Assembly: GCA_034925865.1 (NCBI GenBank)
Contig: JAYFRN010000005.1
Location: forward strand, 5,964 to 69,963
Source of the DNA: Oscillospiraceae bacterium
GTDB taxonomy: Bacteria > Bacillota > Clostridia > Oscillospirales > SIG627
DNA length: 64,000 bases
Direction: 5' to 3'
How positions within the stretch are numbered: position 1 is the stretch's first letter; every line of letters begins with the position of its first letter. Below are positions 55,072 through 64,000 of the stretch, in pieces. The notes under the pieces were generated by a model, which saw only the letters and a list, made by a program, of their open reading frames with translations, was not told the DNA's origin and ran no database searches. The position numbers and the translations under genes were made by a program.

Positions 55072-55785
55072 TCATAAAACACTATTATTTAAAATTTTTA
55101 CTTTATTTGTCCGCAGATATACTTTCTGCTTATCGGAGATTCGATAGCTTTCGACGGCTTTTTGTATGGTTTTATTGTGCGTCCATGCATCAAGCCTGTG
55201 TTGCTCGATATAGGGCAGGGTGGCATCATATTGCTTGGCCAACGCCGTGGCAAAATACCAGGCGATCATCATGTTGATATAATATTCCAGTGATCTTATT
55301 CCCGCAACCAGCTCGTTGTATTCCGGCGCAAACTGATCATCAAGATAAAAGCTCATAAGCATTTCGATGCCGAACCGCACGGTATATATTTGATCGGATT
55401 TCAGCCATTCTTTTATTTTTTCAAGAAGCTTCGGCAAATACTTTATGAATATTCCAGGGCTAATCAGGTCGCAGGTCGCCCAATTATCCACATAAGGGAG
55501 AAACGTATCCAGCGCCGCGATGCAGGTGTCATAATCTTTTATTTGCTCAATCAGAAATCCGTGTAAATTGTTTTCCTCATAATACCTGTGCGGCAGGCTT
55601 TTCAGAAACTCAGATGCCTCTGGCGTTTTACTGAGATCTCTCGCCAGCTTGCGTAATTCCGGTGTGCGCACTCCGATCATCGTTTTTGGGTTCACTGTCG
55701 GAATGAGCTTGCATTGAAAATCGCGGTATTTTATATCCTGCAGAGCGAATAGACGGTTTTGCAATGTTTCTTCAATGCTGCTCAT
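55072..55785 (-). CDS. DNA alkylation repair protein (AlkD-like HEAT-repeat family)
   Basis: 237 aa with a pattern typical of the DNA_alkylation family (FLPYVDNWATCD). Confidence 0.7.
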   Translation of the reverse strand: MSSIEETLQNRLFALQDIKYRDFQCKLIPTVNPKTMIGVRTPELRKLARDLSKTPEASEFLKSLPHRYYEENNLHGFLIEQIKDYDTCIAALDTFLPYVDNWATCDLISPGIFIKYLPKLLEKIKEWLKSDQIYTVRFGIEMLMSFYLDDQFAPEYNELVAGIRSLEYYINMMIAWYFATALAKQYDATLPYIEQHRLDAWTHNKTIQKAVESYRISDKQKVYLRTNKVKILNNSVL

Positions 55786-55787
55786 GA

Positions 55788-56396
55788 TTAATATTTCCTT
55801 ATATCGACCAAGCCTGATCCGGGCTTCATTCTTCGCTTTTCCTGAACGGTTCGCAGATTTATGAGGTCGTAGCTGCGGATAAAGTTGTCTGTGTTTATTC
55901 CGTTATCCATGTAGAGCATCAAAAGCTGTGCGCTGGCACGGCTGTCGCTGCCGGCATTGTGATGATGTAAATCAATGTCGAAATAATCGCATAGGGTATT
56001 CAGCTTATGATTCGTCAGCTCCGGGAAGCAGAACCGTCCCATGTTGCAGGTACATGCGTAATATGTATACGGACGCCAGCTTATCTGATAATGGCACAGG
56101 CATTTTGCCAGAACGCTCATATCAAACGGAGCATTATGAGCTATCAGCAATCCGCTTCCCATCAGAGGTTCTATGGTTTTCCATAGTTTGGGGAAAGCCG
56201 GCTTGTCCGCAACCGAATCGGGAGTAATACCGGTTAAATTTATGTTAAAATAATCAAAGCGTTCCTCGGGATTTACGAGAAAGTATAAATCTTCGGAAAT
56301 TTTTCCGTTTTCCACAACGGTAATACCAATCGCGCTCATGCGGTCGTTGGCAGAGTTAGGTGTTTCGACATCGAATACAATATACTTATTTTGCAT
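55788..56396 (-). CDS. DnaQ-like 3'-5' exonuclease
   Basis: Exo motifs FDVETPN, LIAHNAPFDMSVL and HHNAGSDS. Confidence 0.8.
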   Translation of the reverse strand: MQNKYIVFDVETPNSANDRMSAIGITVVENGKISEDLYFLVNPEERFDYFNINLTGITPDSVADKPAFPKLWKTIEPLMGSGLLIAHNAPFDMSVLAKCLCHYQISWRPYTYYACTCNMGRFCFPELTNHKLNTLCDYFDIDLHHHNAGSDSRASAQLLMLYMDNGINTDNFIRSYDLINLRTVQEKRRMKPGSGLVDIRKY

Positions 56397-56418
56397 AATG
56401 TTTAAAATTCATTGTTAT

Positions 56419-56601
56419 TTACTTTCTGGTTAAATCTTCGATATTACTTTTTGTTGATTTAAATTCTGCTTTTGTTTTTTTTAATTTATAACGGTTGTTT
56501 AATATTACGACAATGATAACTGTTGCACATATTATAAATATACAGCAAATAACCATGGATAACAGCATTATCGGACTAAATGAAAATATGGATCTACTCA
56601 T
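56419..56601 (-). CDS. Small single-TM hypothetical protein
   Basis: 60 aa. AAGAGG lies 9 nt before the ATG. Confidence 0.35.
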   Translation of the reverse strand: MSRSIFSFSPIMLLSMVICCIFIICATVIIVVILNNRYKLKKTKAEFKSTKSNIEDLTRK

Positions 56602-56832
56602 TAATCATTACCTCTTGATTCGATTTATACCTTTTCCCATTTGATTTTAAGCTTTACTCAAACTGAGCATTGTCTGCTGCAAATTCAATTATACCGCGTT
56701 TTTCCATGTTAAGCAATATAAAATTTGAAATTGTATAAAAATTATTTTAAGAAAGCTGTTTGTTGCTTTCCTATTCTAACGTAGAAATTCGTTCGTATTA
56801 TATCAAACATACTGCCTTATACCGATATAAAA

Positions 56833-56861
56833 GGCCACCATAGCTGCGCGCTACGGTGGCC
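56833..56861 (-). terminator. Intrinsic terminator after vanT
   Basis: GGCCACCGTAGC / GCTATGGTGGCC hairpin followed on the minus strand by TTTTAT. Confidence 0.65.
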
Positions 56862-56962
56862 AATATTCTGTTATTTAATAATAATCAAAAAGTTATTTTG
56901 ATATGAATTATGTGTAACTCTCAGTTGTGAAAACAATGATTATTATTAAATAGCAATTATAT

Positions 56963-59092
56963 TTATGTTATAATTCTTTCCAACCGCGTTCCCATCCGGC
57001 TGAGGATTTCATTTGTAATTGTGCCTGCTTTTTCGGCAATATCTCCGACGGAAATGCTTTCATTTCCGGATTTGCCGATCAGCACAGCGATGTCTCCTGT
57101 TTTAACTCTGGGGATTCCGGTAATATCTACCATAAGCTGATCCATACAAATCCTTCCGACAATAGGAGCTCGACACCCGTTTATCAGCACCTCGCCTGCT
57201 CCGTTTGAAAGGATGCGGGGATAACCATCCGCATACCCTATTGCCAGGGTGGCGATTTTCATTTCATGCTCGGCTATGAAATCACGTCCGTATCCGACAG
57301 ACTCGCCGCAATGCATTTCTCTTACCGAAGCGATCCGCGTTTTCAGAGAAAGAACAGGCCAGAGCGGAATACGGCTATTATCCGTATCAGTTTTCAAACT
57401 GAACACGCCGTAAAGCGCAATTCCTACTCGTGCATAATCCTCCAGAAGCTCCGGATAATTCAACAAGCCATAGCTTGCGGTAAGGTGCAGCCTCGGGCAA
57501 TAACCTTCCGCTTTTAACTGGTCAACAACCTTATAAAAAGCGGACGCCTGCGCCTTTGTGAAAGCTATGTCCTCCGGGGCATCGGTATCGTCGGCGCACA
57601 GATGTGTGAACAAACCATCAACTTTCAAATGCTTCATATGAAAAATAGCGCAAATATTTTCAATATTTTCGCTGCGTTCTCCGAGCCGTCGCATGCCCGT
57701 GTCGATGCCGATATGTACATGAAACATTTTCCCATAACAATTTAGCTTTTCCGCATATGCAAAATCGACTACCGTTTGGCTAAGATTATAGCGGCGGAGA
57801 AGCCGGAATTGGCTGGGATGGGTATATCCAAGCACAAGAATTTCACCGAAAATCCCGTTTTTTCGAAGCTCCGCGCCCTCTGCGGCAGAGGCCACACAGA
57901 AGCAATCCACATCCATTCGGTTCAACTCCCGGGCAATCAGTACCGCGCCATGTCCGTAGGCTTCCGCTTTGACAACCGGCATTAAACGGCAGTTTTGAGG
58001 CAGAAAGGAACGAAGCATTGATACATTGTACCGCAGAGCCTCCTGATTTAATTCGATCCATGCCCGGGCACGCGGATCAAAGGATTTTCTTATATGTCTG
58101 GCACAGCAGATAAGCCCAAAAGCCATCACAAAAGATGACACACAAACCAATGAGTAATAAACGAGGCTGTTTGTCACAAACAACTGGGTCATATGAATTG
58201 CTTTTGCCGCGCCGCGGATAGCGACAATCATTGCCGGATGTATGATATACATCAGCATTGATAATGACCTCAATGATTTTATTTTTTTCGTTTTCCAAGA
58301 TAAAAGCAATTGGTATAGGAAGAACATACAAGGCAGCAGGGCTATATACATGCTGTCATGACGCTGCATTTGAAAATGATGCAGCACAAAGGCTTCAGCT
58401 GTCATAATGACAAAAGATACGGTAAAGCCTATTACGGAATAACCCGGTTTTATAGTGCGTTTATTCCGTCCGAAGTATGCGCCTAAAAGCAGAAAGACGG
58501 GTGCCAGAAATAAACCGTTTCGAGTATAGGTGAAAATTTGAAAGCCGAAATCATAAGCGGATTTTATGCCGGAGACGCCGGAAATAAGCCCGTAATAACT
58601 GTCACCAAATAATCCGATCAGATACAAAACACCGGATACCGCAAAGGTCGCCCTGACAGATAAAAAGCGACATAACAGACAAACAAGCAGAATTCCGAGA
58701 ATACAAGCCGGAAAATACCACAGATGATAAAAAGTGCCGTCAAATAAAAGCATACGCAGCAGATCAGATATTCCGATATCTTTATAATGTCCTGCATAAA
58801 TACCCAGCGGGAGATAGACAAGTATTGAAATGCCGTAAAGCACAGCGAGCTTTTTAAGCTGCTTCCATATTCCGTACATGCTTTTATATTCACATAAAAC
58901 ATACTCGGAAAGGACGAATTGCCCCGTAATCATCAAAAAGAAGGGGACAGCAAGCCTTGCAAGAATGCGTGTAAGAAAAAAATCCGCATTCATATCAATG
59001 CTTGAAAGTGGCGAGGTGTGTATGGCAATAACTAAAAAAGCTGCAATCAACCGGAAGGAGTCAAGCCCGCTGTAATCTCTTTTGCCCGTCAT
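56963..59092 (-). CDS. vanT: Membrane-bound serine/alanine racemase VanT
   Basis: About 709 aa. An N-terminal acyltransferase_3-type polytopic domain is fused to a C-terminal PLP alanine-racemase domain (VVKAEAYGHG). GGAGG lies 7 nt before ATG 59092. Confidence 0.85.
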   Translation of the reverse strand: MTGKRDYSGLDSFRLIAAFLVIAIHTSPLSSIDMNADFFLTRILARLAVPFFLMITGQFVLSEYVLCEYKSMYGIWKQLKKLAVLYGISILVYLPLGIYAGHYKDIGISDLLRMLLFDGTFYHLWYFPACILGILLVCLLCRFLSVRATFAVSGVLYLIGLFGDSYYGLISGVSGIKSAYDFGFQIFTYTRNGLFLAPVFLLLGAYFGRNKRTIKPGYSVIGFTVSFVIMTAEAFVLHHFQMQRHDSMYIALLPCMFFLYQLLLSWKTKKIKSLRSLSMLMYIIHPAMIVAIRGAAKAIHMTQLFVTNSLVYYSLVCVSSFVMAFGLICCARHIRKSFDPRARAWIELNQEALRYNVSMLRSFLPQNCRLMPVVKAEAYGHGAVLIARELNRMDVDCFCVASAAEGAELRKNGIFGEILVLGYTHPSQFRLLRRYNLSQTVVDFAYAEKLNCYGKMFHVHIGIDTGMRRLGERSENIENICAIFHMKHLKVDGLFTHLCADDTDAPEDIAFTKAQASAFYKVVDQLKAEGYCPRLHLTASYGLLNYPELLEDYARVGIALYGVFSLKTDTDNSRIPLWPVLSLKTRIASVREMHCGESVGYGRDFIAEHEMKIATLAIGYADGYPRILSNGAGEVLINGCRAPIVGRICMDQLMVDITGIPRVKTGDIAVLIGKSGNESISVGDIAEKAGTITNEILSRMGTRLERIIT

Positions 59093-59849
59093 CGGCATTC
59101 CTCCATTCCGTTATGATGAATCCGTCTACGTTGTTGCCTGAAATGGAGTATGGCAATTCTGTGTTGATATCTATTTTAGTTTCACCCGCAAAATCAGCCG
59201 GCAGATAAGAAATATCCACGACAATTCCATTTTTTTTGTATCTGAATGGCAGCTGTCCATATGGGTATTTTTTTAAAAACGGGATGTATTCCTCCAGCGT
59301 CATATTAAGCTCATCCATAATGTCGGCATGCGGAACGCCCACATATCGAAAATGCCATGGTTCATGACCGATCCCGGTGATCGCCTCTTTCCCGGATGGA
59401 TAACGCTCTATAAAGCCGTATGAAGTCGCTTTCCGGCGAAAGATCTGACAAATTCCTGTATACGGGAAGTCCGGACAGATGAAGTCGATCTGCTTGCTTT
59501 CCAGAGCAAGATCAATGGCAAGCCCGGTTTGGTGTTCGCTGTGTCCCGGGACCGCCACAAATTTTTTTGTGAATTCCTCTCCGCTTTCTGCCATGGTATC
59601 ATCCCATATTTTCTGTTGTTCCTGCACTGGACGCCAGCCGCTTACCGGCACAATATTTTTCCAGCCATGTATCTTCTCCATAAGACTGGACAGCAATACG
59701 ACAGCGGCACGGTTCAATAAAACAGACTCATTTTGATCAATTACCGGAACAAGAGACCGCTCGGTATTATTTTGGCAGGAATAGCTTTGATTAACCAGAA
59801 TCAGATTTCCGGCGTGAAAGCTGCCGTTTGATAATTTTACCAAGCTCAT
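59061..59849 (-). CDS. vanXY: D,D-dipeptidase/D,D-carboxypeptidase VanXY
   Basis: 262 aa with no TM. Zinc motifs SEHQTGLAIDL and EPWHFRYVG. ATGA overlap with vanG. Confidence 0.8.
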   Translation of the reverse strand: MSLVKLSNGSFHAGNLILVNQSYSCQNNTERSLVPVIDQNESVLLNRAAVVLLSSLMEKIHGWKNIVPVSGWRPVQEQQKIWDDTMAESGEEFTKKFVAVPGHSEHQTGLAIDLALESKQIDFICPDFPYTGICQIFRRKATSYGFIERYPSGKEAITGIGHEPWHFRYVGVPHADIMDELNMTLEEYIPFLKKYPYGQLPFRYKKNGIVVDISYLPADFAGETKIDINTELPYSISGNNVDGFIITEWRNADDGQKRLQRA

Positions 59850-60895
59850 TTTGACACCGCCCCGTCTATGACGAAAGAAAGGACTTCGGAAAACGAAATT
59901 CCGGCGGCTTTCATCATCCCCGGAAACCGGCTGTGTTCGGTAAATCCGGGGATGGTGTTGACTTCATTAAAAACAATTGTTCCATCTGGGGTCAGGAAGA
60001 GATCCACCCGAGCGAAGCCGGAACATCCCAGCGCTTTATAAATTTTCCGCGCTGTTTCTTTTATTTCATCTGATTTTTTTTGGTTGATTCGGGCAGGCAC
60101 ATGAATCGCAGATGTTTTCAATGTATATTTTTCGACAAAATCAAAAAATCCGCTTGAAAGCTCAATCTCATCAAGCTCTCCGATTGTCAGCGTATCGCTT
60201 CCCATTATTGCGCAGCCCACCTCAAAGCCGGCTATATTTTCCTCGACAATAACCTGATCATCATACCGGAATGCATTGCTGACTGCATCCGCAAGCTCTG
60301 AGTTATTCTGTACTTTTGTAACGCCATAAGAGGAGCCGGATTTAACTGGCTTTACAAACAGCGGATATCCGATTAAATCGGCAAAGGAAGAAATTACATT
60401 TAATGAAGTTTGTTGTGATATAGACAGTGCCCTCGGAACGGCAACGCCTGAAAGAGAAGCCAGCCTATGCGCCTTGTCCTTATCCATACATAGCGCGGAT
60501 GACAGAACACCACAGCCTATCAGAGGAAGTCCGGCAAGCGTCACCAGCCCCTGAACCGTGCCGTCTTCACCGTTTTTACCATGTAAAACCGGAAATACGG
60601 CATCAATTTCGACAATTTCAATTTTTGCTTTTCCGAAAACGAGTAGCCTGTGTTCGTTGCGGTTCGGCGGCAGTATGACAGGACGGCAGTCCGTTTTGTT
60701 CAGCCATGTATTTTCTATTATTTTGTTATAATCTCCGGAAAATAAATACCATTCACCGCTTTCTGTAATACCGACCGGAATGGGATTATATTTTTTGGAA
60801 TCCATATTCGAAATGACAGAGTATGCGGATTCAAGCGAAACGCCGTACTCTGAAGAGCATCCGCCAAACAATATGACGATGTTGAGCTTGTTCAT
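59846..60895 (-). CDS. vanG: D-alanine--D-serine ligase, VanG-type
   Basis: From MNKLNIVILFGGCSSEYGVSL it is alignable along its whole length to VanG as I recall it (FPVLHGKNGEDGT, EKYTLK, NEVNTIPGFT). AAGGAAG lies 9 nt before ATG 60895. Confidence 0.85.
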   Translation of the reverse strand: MNKLNIVILFGGCSSEYGVSLESAYSVISNMDSKKYNPIPVGITESGEWYLFSGDYNKIIENTWLNKTDCRPVILPPNRNEHRLLVFGKAKIEIVEIDAVFPVLHGKNGEDGTVQGLVTLAGLPLIGCGVLSSALCMDKDKAHRLASLSGVAVPRALSISQQTSLNVISSFADLIGYPLFVKPVKSGSSYGVTKVQNNSELADAVSNAFRYDDQVIVEENIAGFEVGCAIMGSDTLTIGELDEIELSSGFFDFVEKYTLKTSAIHVPARINQKKSDEIKETARKIYKALGCSGFARVDLFLTPDGTIVFNEVNTIPGFTEHSRFPGMMKAAGISFSEVLSFVIDGAVSK

Positions 60896-61188
60896 GATGT
60901 TGTACTTCCTTTTACTGATTAGAAAATTTATTTTTATTTTTATCTCTGCTTGAAAAACAGCGCCGAGTGCCATTTGTTATAACGGCAATCAAATATTAAT
61001 TGGCTCATGATGTAGCTTGTGATGTGAGTCACAATTTATAGAGAAAAGTAATATAACAAAAACTTTTCTCAAATATGGGTGCGTTTATTGACGTGCTTAT
61101 TAAAAGACAGCGCAAATAGTTATGTATATTGCTATTTATTCTTCGCGGTAATATGAAGCCGTCATAATTATAAAATTTTCGGAGTATT

Positions 61189-62028
61189 TCAATTTGTTTT
61201 ATTCAAATATTCCTCAAGGCAAATACCTCGATTATGTATCTCTGTTGCCACATTAATTCCTACATATCGATAATGCCAGGGTTCATTAATGACGCCGGTA
61301 ATTTTTGTTTTATCAGCCGGATATCGACAAATAAAGCCATATCGATAACTATTCTTGTTCAGCCAATCATAAACTTCATAACCGGCGGAATGAATTCCGT
61401 CAGCATTGATATCCACAGCCAGTCCGATCTGATGCTCGCTTGTTCCCGGAACAGCGACCCATGCTTCAGCCAACGCTTTTGCCTCGTCGTTACCATATCC
61501 CTGATCTTTATATGCCGCAACCTTATTGTCTAATAAATCTTGCTGTATGGCGGATGTTCTATAACCGGAGACGACAACGGCATATACTCCGTCTTTTTTT
61601 GCCGTATCAAGCATTTCCTGTAATGCGGGGTATATGCGGGAATCAACTGACTCTCCGCCGCTTAATTTGGTCAGATTGAACTGGTATCCATCCGGTATAA
61701 TGTTCCATTTATTAACCAGCATTAAATACCATTTGTTATCAACGCTTACTGTATTTTCACTGCTTGCGGTGTTATTTACAGAATCGGTGGAGATATCGTT
61801 TATACCGGTGGATGATAATGAATGTTTTTGTTTATCCGGATTAATTATCTTGAGAAGATAAACCGCTCCGATAATTATTATAGCAGTAATAATACAGCGG
61901 AATAATGCAGAAGACAAATTTCCGCTTCGATTGCGGTGTTTTACGGAATGTGATTTTATTCGTTGATAAGGCTTTCTTTTATTCATATTCTCCTTCATTC
62001 TTTTGAGCTTAGAGACAGTACATACCAA
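61189..62028 (-). CDS. vanY: D-alanyl-D-alanine carboxypeptidase VanY
   Basis: N-terminal TM anchor with SEHQIGLAVDI and EPWHYRYVG. The start is uncertain (61986 has AAGGAG upstream). Confidence 0.8.
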   Translation of the reverse strand: MVCTVSKLKRMKENMNKRKPYQRIKSHSVKHRNRSGNLSSALFRCIITAIIIIGAVYLLKIINPDKQKHSLSSTGINDISTDSVNNTASSENTVSVDNKWYLMLVNKWNIIPDGYQFNLTKLSGGESVDSRIYPALQEMLDTAKKDGVYAVVVSGYRTSAIQQDLLDNKVAAYKDQGYGNDEAKALAEAWVAVPGTSEHQIGLAVDINADGIHSAGYEVYDWLNKNSYRYGFICRYPADKTKITGVINEPWHYRYVGINVATEIHNRGICLEEYLNKTN

Positions 62029-62099
62029 TTTATTATGAAACTGTTATTATAAAAAGCATATTAAATATAACCGATATCTTGAGTTATAAAAACGCCGGA

Positions 62100-62146
62100 G
62101 AAAAGCGCCTCGTTTTGACATGTTTATAATATCAAAACGAGGCGCT
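62100..62146 (-). terminator. Strong hairpin/terminator between vanS and vanY
   Basis: Perfect 15-bp stem AGCGCCTCGTTTTGA / TCAAAACGAGGCGCT with a 13-nt loop. On the minus strand TTTTCTCC follows. Confidence 0.6.
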
Positions 62147-62195
62147 GAATGCTTTCGGTTTATATTTTGAAATTCTTATCATTTTCTATGATAAA

Positions 62196-63323
62196 TCATA
62201 CGATTTTCTGACGATTTACGGGAAGCCGGACAGTAAAAATAATGTCATCATCAGAACTTTGCACGGTGATTATTCCGCCGTGTAATTTGACGATTTCTTT
62301 CGAAATGGCAAGCCCTAAACCGGCTCCGCCGGTAGCGGTTGAACGCGAGGAATCAAGCCGGTAGAATTGTTCAAAGATCCGATTCAATTTTTCAGGCGCG
62401 ATTGTTTTTCCTCGGTTGCATACTTGTATTTCCACATTGTTTTCCTTTAGAAGCATTGAAAGCCGGATATCTGTTTGAGGATAACTGTAGTTGACAGCAT
62501 TGCGGATCAGGTTGTCAAATACGCGTTCCAGCTTGCCCGGATCACAGCTGATATCAATATTCGGTTGTACAGCCGTATTCCAGCGCAGCCCTTTTTCCGC
62601 CAGAATGGGATTGAATTCGTTGATAATTTGCTCAAGCATACGGCTTAGATTGATGTTTTCATAATCCAAAGTAATTGCAGTGAGATTAAAACGGGTAATA
62701 TCAAAAAACTCGTTGATCAAATCCTCCAGCCGTTCTGCCTTGTCAAGCGCGATCCCCGTATATTTCGCGCGCAGCTCCTGTGAAATATCGGGCTCGTCCC
62801 GCAGCAGTGTCAGATAACCGATAACGCTGGTCAGCGGCGTTTTTAAGTCATGCGCAAGATATACAATCAAATCATTCTTTCTTTGTTCTTCATCCCTTGC
62901 AAGTTTCGCATTGCGCAGAGCGCTTTCCCGGACTTGATTCAATTCATCCTGTATGTTCTTCATTGCATCTGGTAAAAGAATTTGTGTGTCAGTGGGGTTG
63001 GCCAAAGCTTCGGATGCTGTTATAATATCATCAAGAAAGCGAAGCGGCTTGCCCATAAAATAATAAGTGATCCATGCCCATCCGGCAAAAATCGGGATGC
63101 CGATAAACACCACAATATATGTTTTTATAAATTGGAAAAAGACATAAAGCGGATCGTATGGCTGCCAGGTAAACGCGCTTAAAAACTTCCATGCTGATAA
63201 AGCAAGCAAAAAAAAGCCCGCGACAAAACCGGCAAGCGCAAAAACATATTGAATTGCAAATCGGCGTGCAATCTGGCTCCTGTAGTTTTTTCTTTTGCTT
63301 TTTAATTTATCATTGCTATTCAA
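62196..63323 (-). CDS. vanS: Sensor histidine kinase VanS
   Basis: 375 aa. Has two TM segments, H-box YLAHDLKTPLTS and an HATPase_c domain (GGAGLGLAI). 8-nt overlap with vanR. Confidence 0.85.
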   Translation of the reverse strand: MNSNDKLKSKRKNYRSQIARRFAIQYVFALAGFVAGFFLLALSAWKFLSAFTWQPYDPLYVFFQFIKTYIVVFIGIPIFAGWAWITYYFMGKPLRFLDDIITASEALANPTDTQILLPDAMKNIQDELNQVRESALRNAKLARDEEQRKNDLIVYLAHDLKTPLTSVIGYLTLLRDEPDISQELRAKYTGIALDKAERLEDLINEFFDITRFNLTAITLDYENINLSRMLEQIINEFNPILAEKGLRWNTAVQPNIDISCDPGKLERVFDNLIRNAVNYSYPQTDIRLSMLLKENNVEIQVCNRGKTIAPEKLNRIFEQFYRLDSSRSTATGGAGLGLAISKEIVKLHGGIITVQSSDDDIIFTVRLPVNRQKIV

Positions 63324-64000
63324 TGGTATAGCCTACCCCCCAGACAGTTTTAATTATTTTCGGCTTTCTTGCCGGCTCTTGAAGCTTTTCACGCAGCCGG
63401 GCAATATGTGCCATGACTGTGTTGTTGTTGTCCAGATATTTTTCACACCAGACTGATTCGAATAATTTCTCCGATGATACAACGGTTCCCCTGTGCTCGC
63501 AAAGATACCATAAGATATTGAATTCAATCGGTGTAAGAGATAGTTCCTTGCTGTTCAATGTGCATTTGTGGCTGCTGTGAGAAATGTGTAATGCCTTAAT
63601 GTCATATTCATCGACAATTTGTGTGCCTTGATCTCCGGTGTTGTACCGTTTATACCTGCGGAGTTGAGTTTTTACACGGGCGATCAGCTCCAGCGGATTA
63701 AAGGGCTTTGTAATATAGTCGTCAGCCCCCAATGTAAGGCCTGTTATTTTGTCGATATCCTCGATCTTTGCCGTCAGCATGATAATCGGAAACAGATGAT
63801 TCGCTCTGATTTTTTGACATAACGTAAAGCCGTCCATATCAGGCAGCATAACATCCAGTATTGCAAGACTGAGAGATGTGTGCTCCGTACAAAATAACGC
63901 TTCTTTTGCCGAGTAAAATTTATGTACCTCATAACCGTCATTTTGTAAATATACCTCTACCAGGTCCGCAATTTCTTTTTCGTCGTCAACTATTAAAACG
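63316..64000 (-). CDS. vanR: OmpR-family response regulator VanR (N-terminus cut by the window edge)
   Basis: The frame stays open to position 64000 (VLIVDDEKEIADLVEVYL...DVMLPDMDG). The C-terminal winged helix ends in TVWGVGYTIE. Confidence 0.85.
   Translation of the reverse strand, partial: VLIVDDEKEIADLVEVYLQNDGYEVHKFYSAKEALFCTEHTSLSLAILDVMLPDMDGFTLCQKIRANHLFPIIMLTAKIEDIDKITGLTLGADDYITKPFNPLELIARVKTQLRRYKRYNTGDQGTQIVDEYDIKALHISHSSHKCTLNSKELSLTPIEFNILWYLCEHRGTVVSSEKLFESVWCEKYLDNNNTVMAHIARLREKLQEPARKPKIIKTVWGVGYTIE

Noticed and set aside
1-64000. A search by eye for tRNA, rRNA, tmRNA, CRISPR arrays, transposases, integrases and phage genes.
   Set aside because: None was recognised. A covariance-model scan (tRNAscan/Infernal) would be needed to exclude small structured RNAs formally.

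Overview
The window looks like a chromosomal segment of an anaerobic, spore-forming Firmicute, probably Clostridia. That placement is inferred from gene content only.

Backbone genes:
- two amidohydrolases and asnA-glnA (type III GS)
- the conserved yybS-gdpP-rplI-dnaB block, then tilS-hpt-ftsH
- an MBL hydrolase and comM/yifB
- an amino-acid ABC transporter, an alkD-like gene and a DnaQ-like exonuclease

Loci worth a second look:
1. 5.3-7.6 kb: an AT-rich cassette. It holds a promoter, a 28-codon Gln/Cys-rich mini-ORF, an intrinsic terminator, a MetRS-family enzyme with degenerate HIGH/KMSKS motifs, and a TAATG-coupled 51-codon ORF.
2. 19.6-29.3 kb: a germination locus with four tandem Csp subtilisin paralogues, sleC and an amidase.
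3. Five copies of an unnamed nested-palindrome intergenic element of about 90-130 bp. Four of them cluster around the germination/TetR region.
4. A TetR unit with a duplicated 12-bp palindrome.
5. 35.2-39.1 kb: an ArsR-controlled cassette (permease, ferredoxin-DUF2703, TlpA-like, CcdA, thioredoxin-like) with shared Cys-rich tails. A gene-decay scar with permease and hsdR-like fragments follows it.
6. 40.3-48.9 kb: a ten-gene [FeFe]-hydrogenase operon. It encodes HydABC, a HydS-like sensor, a PHP protein and two DRTGG/GHKL pairs, and sits behind a Rex-like box.
7. 57-64 kb: a vanG-type operon, vanR-S-Y-G-XY-T, running off the right edge.

I saw no rRNA, tRNA, CRISPR array, transposase or integrase. 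All calls come from reading the sequence and the ORF translations. No database search was run.
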